From contig CAWDOD010000004.1 in assembly GCA_963803805.1 (NCBI GenBank), positions 160,001 through 224,000 on the forward strand: a stretch of 64,000 nucleotides of DNA. Direction: 5' to 3'. The position numbers and the translations under genes were made by a program. Positions within the stretch are counted from its first letter, which is position 1. Each line of letters starts with the position of its first letter. The notes beneath the pieces were generated by a model that had not been told where the DNA came from, searched no databases, and saw only the letters and a program-made list of their open reading frames with translations. Shown piece after piece: positions 10,334 to 21,094 of this stretch. This DNA comes from an uncultured cyanobacterium. Its GTDB lineage: Bacteria > Cyanobacteriota > Cyanobacteriia > Cyanobacteriales > CAWCAG01.

Positions 10334-11452
10334 ATGTTGAAGACGGTAAAAATTGAAAACTTCCGTGGCTTTAAGTCCTTTGAGCTTCAACAACTTGGTA
10401 GAGTAAATTTGTTAGTTGGCATTAACAACAGTGGTAAGACTTCTCTTCTAGAAGCTCTTCAACTATTGTATGCAAGGAATGATCTTGAGTCCTTTGCTAA
10501 TTCGATGATCAAAAGAGGCGAATTTGTTTGGAGTGAACGTCATACCAGAACTCGCGAACTTGAAATTTGTCATCTTTTTCATGGTCATGAAATTGAAGAA
10601 AGTAGTCAATTGACGATATCAGGTTTTGAAAATGGTATTTTCAAAGAACTTAAAATATCGATAGAGTCAGGACTTTTTGATCGTAATGATAATGAGTTTA
10701 TAGACATAGGCATTTTGACTAAGGAATTAGGGCTTTCAACTAAATCAGGATTTTTTGCTCAATGGACTACTCCAGAAGGAGAATCATCTAGGTTCGGATT
10801 TCCCTTATCTGTTGAGGGAAACTTATTAGTAGAGTATGTCCATCCCATTCGTCGAAATCCTAGAAAACCATCAATTAAAAGCCAATTTATTTCTTCCTCT
10901 TCTTTAACTGTCCAAGAAATGACGGAACTGTTCGAGGAAGTAGTGCTAACACCAGAAGAAAATCTTGTTTATGAAGCCTTGCAAACAATTGAACCTAATA
11001 TTAAACGCATCGCTTCTGTAGCTGGTTCAACATTCAGTAATTCTCCTAATTCTCACGGTGGATTTGTTGTACGTTTAGCTGATAGTGTCCAGCGTGTACC
11101 CATTGGTAGTTTAGGAGATGGAGTTTGGCGAATGCTAGGTATTGCCTTAGCAATTGTATCTGCTAGGGGAGGAGTTTTATTAATTGATGAAATTGATACG
11201 GGGCTTCACTTTAGCGTCATGTCTGATATGTGGCGTTTAATTTGGGAGACAGCCAAGAAATTAGACGTACAAGTTTTTGCCACCACCCATAATAGTGACT
11301 GTTGGAAGAGTTTGGCAGCCATCGCGAAGAGGGAGGATGCTAAAGAAGAAGGAATTAGTATTCAACGTATTGAAGCAGATAAAACTGTAGGTATAGCTTT
11401 TACAGAAAGAGAAATTGTTGTCGCCGCAGAAAGAGGAATTGAGGTGCGTTGA
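10334..11452 (+). CDS. AAA_15/AAA_21-type ABC ATPase
   Basis: MLKTVKIENFRGF start, Walker A GINNSGKT, signature SLGDG, Walker B LLIDEIDTGLH, H-loop ATTH. Confidence 0.9.
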   Translation: MLKTVKIENFRGFKSFELQQLGRVNLLVGINNSGKTSLLEALQLLYARNDLESFANSMIKRGEFVWSERHTRTRELEICHLFHGHEIEESSQLTISGFENGIFKELKISIESGLFDRNDNEFIDIGILTKELGLSTKSGFFAQWTTPEGESSRFGFPLSVEGNLLVEYVHPIRRNPRKPSIKSQFISSSSLTVQEMTELFEEVVLTPEENLVYEALQTIEPNIKRIASVAGSTFSNSPNSHGGFVVRLADSVQRVPIGSLGDGVWRMLGIALAIVSARGGVLLIDEIDTGLHFSVMSDMWRLIWETAKKLDVQVFATTHNSDCWKSLAAIAKREDAKEEGISIQRIEADKTVGIAFTEREIVVAAERGIEVR

Positions 11453-11643
11453 TGGCGAATATACACAGAAATTTGCTTTTAGTAGAAGGAGAACAAGACA
11501 AACGCACCATACCTTATTTAATTGAAGCTAACGGCATTGATTGGGGTACAAAAAAAGAACCAATAGTTTACATCAAGCCGATTGGTGGAGATAATTCCCT
11601 CATTGAGCCAGAAATTATTTCTACTGAACTCAAAGCTTCATTC
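11452..11643 (+). pseudogene. Truncated DUF3226 / TOPRIM-like partner of the ATPase
   Basis: Coupled to the ATPase (TGATG); LLLVEGEQD motif; recognisable similarity ends at IISTELKAS, after which the frame reads the antisense of the next gene; no DxD motif. Confidence 0.7.
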
Positions 11644-11826
11644 TCAAACTGGCTTACATTTCCCAGCCCTAATCAAACCCACACGACGAGCGATCGCTTC
11701 TTCTTTACTTTTAAAAGGACCCCATTTATCTTGCTCCTTAATAGCATTTTCATCTGCCTGAGAAACTATAGAACAAGAACCATTATCTTGCTCTTTGACA
11801 ATATACCAATTTTGTGAACTTTCCAT
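11644..11826 (-). CDS. Small conserved cyanobacterial protein (60 aa)
   Basis: WYIVK...C.I...WGPF.S.EEAIARRVGLIRAGKC.P motif; coupled to the upstream gene (TAATG). Confidence 0.8.
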   Translation of the reverse strand: MESSQNWYIVKEQDNGSCSIVSQADENAIKEQDKWGPFKSKEEAIARRVGLIRAGKCKPV

Positions 11827-13154
11827 TACAATTGTTTCTTCTTGTTTTCTGCTGAATTAATCATATTACGAGCATCTTCATACACTGTAGTTTGTGGTTT
11901 CACTTGCTCCAACTTATTAATAATAGTCAGTATATTATTCGCTGTAGCATCGCGATTAGATTCATCAACAGTTTTCGGTAAATTAGTAATTAGATTCTGT
12001 GCCGACTGATAAGCTTGTACGGATTGTTCTTCATCTTGCTGACGAATCCCAAATTCCTTTAACTCTGTATCATAAACGGCTAGTAACTTCTGGCTTTCAA
12101 CATAGCCAGGATCTTCCTGGGGAACTTGTTCTAAAATAGCAGTTGCTTTACCTAATAAATCAGCGCACGCTTGCCACCGATTGGCAGGGTGTGCAGCATC
12201 GGGGCAAGTTGTTTTTGCCTGGGTATGAAACTGTTGGGCAACGGCAACGACATTATTAGTGCGATCATTTCCTGCTACTAAACCAGATACTTGGTTAAAA
12301 TCCCGTAAATAAGCTTCAGTTGCTGCCTCAGCTTGCTGCTTTGCTAAAGTATTAGGGGGAATTTGCTTTAAGAGATCAATACCAGCTTGCCATGAGGCGA
12401 TCGCCTGTTGTTTTGTAGTGGTATCCTGTGCTTGTTGGTAAGTTTGTTTAGCCTGTTGAATATCCTGTTGCGCTTTTTCCCATTGTGTAAAAGCATTGGT
12501 TTCTTGAAAAACTTTAGCCTCCATCCGTCCAATACTAGCTCTAGCAGCCTCAAACTCATCTAAGGTGAACTTCCAGCCAAAATTAAACCAACTGCCATAC
12601 ATTTGCGGTTCATAACCCAAAAACCAAACAGGTAAAGCATCAAGATGTTTCTGTGCCTGAGTAACTTTTTCAGTTCCTAACTCTAAATCCGCCGAACTTG
12701 TAGCATTATTAACCAATTGATCTGCCTGTTCAACTTTAGCGATCGCCTGTCGATAATTATGATCCATACTTAAGTAACTTGGTAGGAGTATGATCGGCGC
12801 AGTACTAGCAACAGGGCGACGAATCATGGGGTAAGGCAAATTTAGTACCCAAATCAAACCCGCCAAGCCCCCTAAACCCAAGGCTACTTTAGGAATCAGC
12901 CATAAAGGGCTAGGAGGGCGATTAGCACCGGCTGCTTTTTGAATAACCTTCGGATCAAAGTTAGGAAAAACATCGCTAATTAAGAAACTTAACTCCCTTT
13001 CTGTAACAGGTTCTCCTCGTTGAGAGTTTAATTTCTTTAATCGTTTCAAGACAATTCTTTGAGAAACTTCCCCGGCGATCGCATCCTCAGCAGCAACTTT
13101 AGCGATTTCGACGGCAAGAATGTTGTAGGCTTTGTTATTGAGACGCACTGGCAT
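11826..13154 (-). CDS. Conserved hypothetical single-TM, helical protein
   Basis: 442-aa ORF; TM segment followed by NLPYPMIRRPVA..APIILLPSY and a helical C-terminal region. Confidence 0.75.
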   Translation of the reverse strand: MPVRLNNKAYNILAVEIAKVAAEDAIAGEVSQRIVLKRLKKLNSQRGEPVTERELSFLISDVFPNFDPKVIQKAAGANRPPSPLWLIPKVALGLGGLAGLIWVLNLPYPMIRRPVASTAPIILLPSYLSMDHNYRQAIAKVEQADQLVNNATSSADLELGTEKVTQAQKHLDALPVWFLGYEPQMYGSWFNFGWKFTLDEFEAARASIGRMEAKVFQETNAFTQWEKAQQDIQQAKQTYQQAQDTTTKQQAIASWQAGIDLLKQIPPNTLAKQQAEAATEAYLRDFNQVSGLVAGNDRTNNVVAVAQQFHTQAKTTCPDAAHPANRWQACADLLGKATAILEQVPQEDPGYVESQKLLAVYDTELKEFGIRQQDEEQSVQAYQSAQNLITNLPKTVDESNRDATANNILTIINKLEQVKPQTTVYEDARNMINSAENKKKQL

Positions 13155-13230
13155 AGAAACAAGCTCAATATTTAAGTAGGATTAATTTATTCTACTCTTT
13201 TGTTACTAGCTTTTCCGCCCTCTCCTGATA

Positions 13231-16200
13231 CTAATTAATTATTGCTAAAGCTTCGTTCAACAATTGAGTTGCTTCTTGTTTGTTTCCTGCCTCAATATAA
13301 TTAGTAGCTAGTTGATTTAACAAACTTGCCTTACTAAAATTATCAGGTAAAAACAGAATTAATTGTTTAGCCACTTCTAACTTTTCTTGCTCTACCAAAT
13401 CTAAAACCACACTGCCAAGAGTAAGGGATTCTTGTTCATCAAGAGATTGTATAATTTCCTTAGCTTTATCTATGTCCCCTTCCTGGGCAAAATAACCAGC
13501 AACATGAGCTAAAACCAGATCCTTGTATTGATCTTGAATTGATTCGGCTATTTCCATTGCTAGCTCAATTTCTCCTGCTTGAGCCAATTTAACAGCAACG
13601 CTAGATGAAGCCCAAGTGGGATAATCTTTAATAGTTTTGGTTAATTGCAATGCTTGTTCAATTTCTCCTTCTTCAATCCAAAAACCAGCAATTTCAGTTA
13701 TCGCCGCAATTTGCTGATATTCTTCCAGAGAGCGGGCTAATTCTAAACCCTTGTCTACATCCCCTTCCTTAACCAAAGCAATTGCGATAGTACCCAAAAT
13801 TGACTCAACATACTCTTTATCCAAGTCACCGAAAACTGACTTATCATAATTGAAGTCTAAAGATTGAGCCAATTGCAAAGCCCTATCGCTTTCTCCTGAT
13901 GCTACTAAAACCCTAACCACCTCATGGAAAATTAAAACCTGATCTCCTGCATCTAGGGATTCAGCTATTTGCAATGCTTCATCTACATTGCCAATTTCAG
14001 CTTGAGAAGTAGCAACTACCCTTAATATACCCATGTGTAACCCAGAAACCACAATAGGATTCTCATCTTCTGGTTGGAAATCAAGCATTTCTACCACTTG
14101 CATCGCCAAATCAAACTGCTTTTCTTGGGCAAAGTTAATACCAATAGCTTGTAAAACCAAGGCTTTCGAGTTAGTATTACCAACGGATTGGTTCAAAGAT
14201 TGGGTTACTGCCATCCCTTGAGCAAATTTCTGGGCTTGGATCAACTCAACGATGATTTCTCCCATAGCTCCGGCTTTAACATCATCCTCCTCAATGCTTT
14301 GGGCTATTGCCAAACCACGATCAAAGTCTCCTCTAACACCTAAACCAACAGCTATTCCCCCTAAGATATTGGCTTGAGAGTCAGCGTCCTCTTTATTTTC
14401 ACTTAATTGCAGTGCTTGTTCAACTTCCCCTACTTCTGCTAACTTACTAGCTACAACAGCGAATAAACTATCTTGATATTGATCAACAGACTCAGCCAAA
14501 GCCAGGGATTGTTCAACTTCTCCTGCGGTGGCTAACTCTATAGCAATATCCCCCAAAGTACGCCACCGATAAGATTCATCAATAGATTTAGTAATTTCCA
14601 AAGCGCGGTCTAAGTTACCTAATTTAGCAAAGTTAACAGCCACTGTCCCCAATAAGCTAGCTGAAGCAGGATTGTAATAAGGAATTTCTACTGACTCTGC
14701 TAGTTGTAAAGCCCTGTCTACTTGTCCAGCAACTGCTAAAGCAACAGCCGTATTCCTCATCACCCAGATTTTAGCTTCATTGTTTTCAAGAGATTGTAGG
14801 ATATTGACAGACTTTAAGAAGGCTGTCAATGCCATTACTTCAGCCACACCACCTACCACACGCATTTTTTGGTCTTCAGGCGCTTGTTGAGCTAGTTGTA
14901 GTGCTTCTTCTACCTGACCTGCTTTAGCTAAAGCTTGAACGATGCTAATTAATATTGTACCTTGGTCTTCTTCACTTTCTACTGATTGAACAATTTCTTT
15001 TGCCTCATCAAGCTTGCCAGCATTAGTTAACTGTGCTGCAACCTCTTTCAAGATACTTACTTTGTGATAACCCTCTTCATACTCATTTTCTAGAGATGCA
15101 GCAATTTGCCTTGCTGCATCAAGATTCCCAGCTTTAGCTAACTCAATAGCAACATCACTATCATCTGACTTATCTTCTGTACTACGAGCAACTTCTAAAG
15201 CCTTCTCAAAATCTCCGGCGATCGCTAATTCCCTAGCAATATTTCCCAAGACATATTGTTGATTAAAATCAAACTCACTATCTTCAGCTTTAATAGATTG
15301 AGCAACTTGCAAAGCTTGCTCCAGTTTACCCGCTTCTGTCAAAGCATCTGCAATTCTGAATAAAGCTTCATTACGAACTCTAGAAATACTATTTAGATCC
15401 GGAACAAGCTCTGTGCTTGCATCTTCTTGAGCATAATCATTTTTAATTAATTCAGCCACCTCCAAAGCCTGCTCCCATTCTCCTGCTTCAGCTAAGGTAC
15501 TGGAAATATCAAGGAGAATACTACCCTGAAAAGAGTTTACAGGCAAAGACTTAGCTAGTTTAAGAGCCTGTTCATCTTCTCCCCCTCTAGCCAAAGCCTT
15601 AGCCATCCAACCCAAAGTTTCTGTTTGTTTAGACTCTTCTAAAGTTTCTACTAACTGCAAAGCTTCTTCCAAAGCCCCTGCTTGGGCCAAAACTACCGCT
15701 TTATCCTGTTGATCTTCAACTGATTGAGCAATTTGCAAAGCCCGTTCACCTTCTCCTGCTTTTGCTAAACTACTAGCAATGGCCCCCAAAATATAGGCTT
15801 TGTCCTGCTGATCTCCCGGTAAGGAGTCCGCAATTTGCAAAGCCTGCTCAACTTCCCCTGCTTTTGCCAAAAAGACAGCTACTTCCCCCAAAGCATAGGC
15901 TTTTGAATCTTCATCTTCCAAAGAGTTGGCTGTTTGCAAAGCAACATCGAATTTCCCTGCTCTAGCAGCTTCTACAGCAATCAAACTCCGGAGGCTCTCG
16001 GATTGCAGATCATCTATTTGCTTTCTTTCTAAAATTCGCAATGCTTCGTCAAATTTTTCTTCTCCTACCAATGCACCGCTTATTTCTTGCAAGATAAAGT
16101 TTGTATAATATTCGTAATCAGGTGCTTGAGCTAATTGAGTAGACTGATTTTGTCTTACTTCAGTTTTGTTAGTGGTAGCAGCAAGGCTAGGATTGGGTGA

Positions 16201-16257
16201 AGAAAGTAGCAGAGTAGGGATAGCCAGTAAAGATAAAAGAGATTTGTTAGTGTTCAT
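13231..16257 (-). CDS. Secreted acidic alpha-solenoid (TPR-like) repeat protein, about 1000 aa
   Basis: Signal peptide MNTNKSLLSLLAIPTLLLSS..SLA; more than 20 repeats of pattern IA.ELA.AG..E.ALQ.A.S. Confidence 0.85.
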   Translation of the reverse strand: MNTNKSLLSLLAIPTLLLSSPNPSLAATTNKTEVRQNQSTQLAQAPDYEYYTNFILQEISGALVGEEKFDEALRILERKQIDDLQSESLRSLIAVEAARAGKFDVALQTANSLEDEDSKAYALGEVAVFLAKAGEVEQALQIADSLPGDQQDKAYILGAIASSLAKAGEGERALQIAQSVEDQQDKAVVLAQAGALEEALQLVETLEESKQTETLGWMAKALARGGEDEQALKLAKSLPVNSFQGSILLDISSTLAEAGEWEQALEVAELIKNDYAQEDASTELVPDLNSISRVRNEALFRIADALTEAGKLEQALQVAQSIKAEDSEFDFNQQYVLGNIARELAIAGDFEKALEVARSTEDKSDDSDVAIELAKAGNLDAARQIAASLENEYEEGYHKVSILKEVAAQLTNAGKLDEAKEIVQSVESEEDQGTILISIVQALAKAGQVEEALQLAQQAPEDQKMRVVGGVAEVMALTAFLKSVNILQSLENNEAKIWVMRNTAVALAVAGQVDRALQLAESVEIPYYNPASASLLGTVAVNFAKLGNLDRALEITKSIDESYRWRTLGDIAIELATAGEVEQSLALAESVDQYQDSLFAVVASKLAEVGEVEQALQLSENKEDADSQANILGGIAVGLGVRGDFDRGLAIAQSIEEDDVKAGAMGEIIVELIQAQKFAQGMAVTQSLNQSVGNTNSKALVLQAIGINFAQEKQFDLAMQVVEMLDFQPEDENPIVVSGLHMGILRVVATSQAEIGNVDEALQIAESLDAGDQVLIFHEVVRVLVASGESDRALQLAQSLDFNYDKSVFGDLDKEYVESILGTIAIALVKEGDVDKGLELARSLEEYQQIAAITEIAGFWIEEGEIEQALQLTKTIKDYPTWASSSVAVKLAQAGEIELAMEIAESIQDQYKDLVLAHVAGYFAQEGDIDKAKEIIQSLDEQESLTLGSVVLDLVEQEKLEVAKQLILFLPDNFSKASLLNQLATNYIEAGNKQEATQLLNEALAIIN

Positions 16258-16421
16258 TTTTCTGAAGTTAAAGACTCTGCCAAAATCAAGAAATGGCAAG
16301 AAAACTAAATCAACTGTGGACTATTTTAGGGACGAGCCTTAAGTTGCCTAGAGAAACTACAAAAGTAAAATTACAGTTTCCTGAAAAGTGATCATATTTT
16401 TGAGTAAATCAAGACTAATCA

Positions 16422-18045
16422 CTAATTAATAATCGTTAAAGCTTCGTTCAATAATTCAGTAGCTTGCTCTTTTTCTCCTGCTGCAATATAGCTAGTTGCT
16501 AACTCATTTAGCACTCTTGCTTTACCAGCATTATTAGGTAAGAATTGCACTAATTGTTTAGCGGCTGTCAACTTTCCTTTTGCCCCTAAAACAATGATGC
16601 CATTTTCTAAATTGTAAATTTCTTCTTCCACAATAGATTGACTAATTTCCCTTGCTCTATTTATATCTCCTTGCTCTGCAAGCTTAACCACAATATTAGC
16701 TAAAACTATCCCCCTGTCTTGCTCTTCAACCGACTGAAGTATTTCCATCGCCTGCTCTATTTCTCCGATTTGAGCTAGCTTAACTGCAACACTGCTTAAG
16801 GCACTAGGTCTAACCTCATAAAAAAGAAAATAGTTGCTTAGTTGCACTGCTTGTTGTACTTCTCCTTGTGCTACCAAAGCACGAACCATACTGTTTATAG
16901 TCCACCATTGTTCAGGTTTTTCTAGAGAGTTAAATAACTCTACACCTTGGTTGACATTGCCTTCTTCAACTAAAGCAACAGCAATGTACCCCAACACCGT
17001 ATCAGCATCTCCTTTTGTTGCTAAAGATTGAGCTAATTGTAGGGCGCGGTTGGTATCTCCTGCTTTAACTAAAGCTGTAGCAACCTCACTAATAACAGGA
17101 ATTTGAGCTTCTCCTTGAGGAAATGCACCTATTTTTAAAGCTTCATCTGACATTTCCTGCTTGAGCTTGCAAGATAGCAATTGACTGCAATGCTGAAAAG
17201 TGCAATCGAGGAAGGGTAAAAGCACTCTCGTCACTTGATGGTACATCAAGCATTGCTGCCACTTCCATAGCCAAGTCAAATTGCTTTTCTCTTGCCAAGG
17301 TAACAGCAATCCCTTCTAAAATTATGGCTCGATTGTAATCTAGTTCCTCAACTGAATCCAATAAAGATTGGGTTACTTGCATTCCTTGAGTAAATTGCTT
17401 TGCTTCGATTAAATCTAAAGCAATCTGTCCTATAGCTTGAGCTTTAGTCAAGCCATGTTCAAAACTTTCAGCGATCTCCAAAGCACGGTTTAAATCTCCA
17501 TTAGCAGCTAGCTGACCCGCTATGCCAATTAATATCTGACTTTGATGGTAGGCGGCATCGTTTCTATTTCTAGTTAACTCCAGAGCTTCCTCAACTTGCC
17601 CTGCTGCCACTAATTCTCTAGCTATTTCCCTTAAAGGAAGCCAATTCAAACCTTCGTTATAATACTCATCAAGAAATTGAGCAATTTCTAAAGCGCGCTC
17701 AAATTCTCCTAACTTCACAAAATTAGCACCTATTTCTCCGAATAATCCGCTTAAATCGGGGTCGTATTCAGGAGTTTGTACTAACTCAGCTAATTGCAAT
17801 GCTGTAGCTGCTTGGTTGTTCCTTGTTAAACCAACTTCTAATGCTTGCGCCAATTTTCCCATCTTAGCCAACTCAGTAGCCATCTCGCCGTTGTCAGATG
17901 TACTTTTGTCGAATTTCCCAGCGATCGCCAATCCTACATCAATTACTTTGATTTCTGAATTAGTACTGGCAGCACTGAGGGAGGTTGAAGAAAGTAGAAG
18001 GGTAGGAATAACAAGTAAAGATAAAAAAGGCTTTTGAGTATTCAT
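16422..18045 (-). pseudogene. Shorter paralogue of the adjacent alpha-solenoid gene, split by a +1 frameshift near 17149
   Basis: Same signal-peptide type (MNTQKPFLSLLVIPTLLLSS) and C-terminus (QATELLNEALTIIN vs EATQLLNEALAIIN); GTCAGAT here vs GTAGAT in the paralogue joins ORFs 17143..18045 and 16422..17309. Confidence 0.7.
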
Positions 18046-18146
18046 TTAGACATTGATCATTAGACATTCACCATTAAATATTAAACATTTGACTGTTGTT
18101 CAATAATTGATAAAGCTTGATTCAATAATTTAGTAGCTTGCTCTCT

Positions 18147-18917
18147 CTAAGCTAAAGAAGAAAAGCCACCAGGAGGTACATCTTGCCAGCGCCCTGAACC
18201 CACAGCTTGGATCGCTTCTGGCAAAGAAACATCTCCAGTATAGATGGCGCGACCAATAATTACCCCTTCCACCCCTAAAGCTTCTAAAGAAAGCAAACTT
18301 AATAAGTCTGTTAAACAACTTACTCCCCCGGAAGCAATCACAGGAATATCCACTGCCGTAGCCATTTCTCGCAACGCTTCCAAATTAGGGCCACTCAAAG
18401 TACCATCACGATGAATATCTGTGTAAATTATCCCTGCTGCCCCTTTAGTCGCCATTTGTTGCCCCAACTCAGTAGCAGCAACCTGAGATGTTTCTAACCA
18501 GCCCCGCGTCGCCACCTGACCATTACGAGCATCAATACCCACCACAATTTTTTTGGGAAATTCTTGGGCTAATTCTTCTACTAACTGAGGGTTTTCTACG
18601 GCAACGGTTCCCATAATCGCGCGGTCAATCCCTAAGTTAACCAATTGAGTTACAGAGGTGCGATCGCGCAATCCTCCTCCCACTTGCACTGGTACAGATA
18701 TAGCCCTAACAATAGCTTCAATGACCTTTTGGTTAGCTGGTTTGCCTTGTTTTGCTCCATCCAAGTCAACTACGTGCAGTCGCGTTGCCCCTTGATCTGC
18801 CCACTGTCGGGCGACATCAACGGGATTATCATTAAATACTTGAGATTGGTCATAATCTCCTTGATAAAGGCGAACACAACGCCCTTCTAGTAAATCAATA
18901 GCTGGGATAATTTCCAT
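18147..18917 (-). CDS. hisA: ProFAR isomerase HisA
   Basis: [43 protein letters not shown]. Confidence 0.97.
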   Translation of the reverse strand: MEIIPAIDLLEGRCVRLYQGDYDQSQVFNDNPVDVARQWADQGATRLHVVDLDGAKQGKPANQKVIEAIVRAISVPVQVGGGLRDRTSVTQLVNLGIDRAIMGTVAVENPQLVEELAQEFPKKIVVGIDARNGQVATRGWLETSQVAATELGQQMATKGAAGIIYTDIHRDGTLSGPNLEALREMATAVDIPVIASGGVSCLTDLLSLLSLEALGVEGVIIGRAIYTGDVSLPEAIQAVGSGRWQDVPPGGFSSLA

Positions 18918-18928
18918 GGTTTGCTAAT

Positions 18929-19017
18929 GGCTAGTTGCTAGTTGCTAGTTGCTAATGGGGAACAGGCCAACCCTTGCACGAACACTCTCATAGTTGTCGT
19001 TAAGGGACAGTCTGTTC
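18929..19017. repeat. Heptamer STRR (GCTAGTT)n followed by an imperfect inverted repeat
   Basis: GCTAGTT x3; nested GAACAG/CTGTTC, CCCTT/AAGGG and ACGA/TCGT stems at 18960-19017. Confidence 0.6.
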
Positions 19018-19025
19018 TTTACCTA

Positions 19026-20710
19026 TTACTTATTACTTATTTCCGGTGATAGTTCTTTTAAGATTGTAAACTGGACGTGATTAATGGCTAGTTCACCCAG
19101 AGACGCAGTTTCTTTATCAACAGGAACTCCTTGACTATACAGCTTTTCAAAAGAGACTCCTTTAGCCATTTCTGCATGATACCAAGCTAAACCCATAAAA
19201 AAGCGGGTTGGATAGGGGCCGCCTTCTTGTATATCATCGGGATTTGATTCCATGGGTAACCAACCAAACCCTGGTACATAAAATTCCATCCAGACATGGT
19301 TATAGTCGGGAACTAGGGGAACTTCTTTTTGATGGGGATGGGGAGGACATTTATAACGCCCAACCGTACGACAAGCAATACCATTTAATCTGGCTAAAGC
19401 AAGTAATATTCCCAAATATTCGCCGCAAAACCAACCCCCCTAGCTAAGGCAACATCAGGGGTATCAATATGGGGTTTGATACCATAGGAAAGTTTGTCAT
19501 AAACGTAGTTGCGGATACTATACATTTTCCGCAATAAATTAGTTTCTCGCTTAACTGCTTCCGTTGCGGCTTGGCGAATAATTGCTGTATCCATTGCCAA
19601 GTCATCATTATCTACTAAATAGAGTTCTTGAAATTCAGGAGATAATTCTAAGAGGTTTTCACAATCTCGCGGTTTTAGTTGATACTTGATTCCCCAGACT
19701 TCTAAGATAGCTTTCCAACCAAAAATATGCCTTTCTTCAGGCTTCAGGCTATCGAACTTAAATACGGCGATGCGCTGTCCTTGGTGATTTTCTTCTGTGA
19801 AGGGCAATCCTATTGGTTCTACAGAGATAATTCTTTGTCGTTGCGTATCTGCTGGTAGAGCTATGCGCCATTCTAGATCCTTAAGTTCAAGTTCATCTAA
19901 AGGAGCAAGTTCTTCAATATAGCTCATTTCTACCAAATAACCATTAGAAAGAGCATAACCGTTCTTTTCGTTATGGTAAAAATACAGGGGATGAACGAAG
20001 CTGCGATCGCGAAATTCTAATTGATAGTTAGGATCAGCGTTGGGATTATCTCGAATATAAGGCTCTTCGTCGGCGTAGGAAACATAAAGAGTTTCCTTAC
20101 CGGTTTGAGAATCCTGTTGTAAGGCTATGGCTGTAGGATTTGCAAAAGGGGTTATGACGTTAAAAACAACTTCTCCGGTGGCGCGATCTAAACAATAAAC
20201 TGTTTGTTCCGTCTCGTCACACAACCAAAGTTTTTCATCTTGTACAGTTAAATTTTCACGACCAATACCCGGACTATAGAAACGAGTAATTTGCTTACCG
20301 GTTTCTTTACTCAAGATAAAAATACAGCCTGCTTTTTGAGAAGTGACATATACTGTCGATTCCCAAACCGCTACTCCATCTGCCTTATAAGGCAAACGAA
20401 TAAAGTGTTGGGGACTGAAATTATCCCAAGAGCAGTAATAAATATTCTCATCTTTAGTAAACCAGAGAGTATCCTCGGCAATTGCGATACCCCTAGCATC
20501 AACAAAATCTGAGCAGTTGTGGGAATTGAGTATAATTGTGTTATCGTTAGCCGGATCGATTTGCAACACATAACCATTAACAGAGTCCAGGGCTATTAAC
20601 CACTTTTCTCGAAATCCAATACCCTGTAAAGCTGCCGCAGCGAAGGGTCTAATTGTTCTTCCTAAAAGGCTAGCTGTTTGGGACAAAGAGGTGGCAGAAT
20701 CAGGAATCAT
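19026..20710 (-). CDS. Beta-propeller plus transglutaminase-like protein, frameshifted near 19428
   Basis: One added base restores RGVG-x-CGEYLG (catalytic Cys) joining to YNHVWMEF...GWLPMES; N-terminal repeats are propeller-like. Confidence 0.82.
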
Positions 20711-21094
20711 GAATTTTCCAGATGAAAATAGAGATGCAAAGTAAACTGATAATAAAGGATAAGAGTTGTATCAAGATATAGCAAATCTAGAAAAAATAAT
20801 TGTTGCCTCTCTAAAAACCTTGCTAAGTTGAGGATATACCTCAGGTATATATATCATTAGAAATAAATTTATGCCCAACTACAGTAGTGAGGACAGCATA
20901 AACATATCAAAATAGGAAATAAATTAGATGCTCAACATGAACTTAAACCTAATTAATAAAATTTAGAGCATTGGGCAAAGCCAAAACCAAGCATTTGCTC
21001 TTTCTTGGGTTAAAGCACTAGGAACCCTTCTTCGCTTTATACCATCTCATCAACCAGGTCATCTTCAAAATGAAAATTTACAGTAGGTTTAATT

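Noticed and set aside
11644..11817. C-terminal half of the 122-aa ORF 11449..11817 as real protein sequence
   Set aside because: It is the antisense read-through of the convergent 60-aa gene
11644..11826. Transposase (this small family is sometimes labelled DDE transposase)
   Set aside because: Only 60 aa, with no DDE triad, terminal IRs or target duplication, and it is coupled to a host gene
13231..18045. Diversity-generating retroelement acting on the repeat proteins
   Set aside because: No reverse transcriptase and no template/variable repeat pair differing only at adenines; the paralogues are broadly diverged
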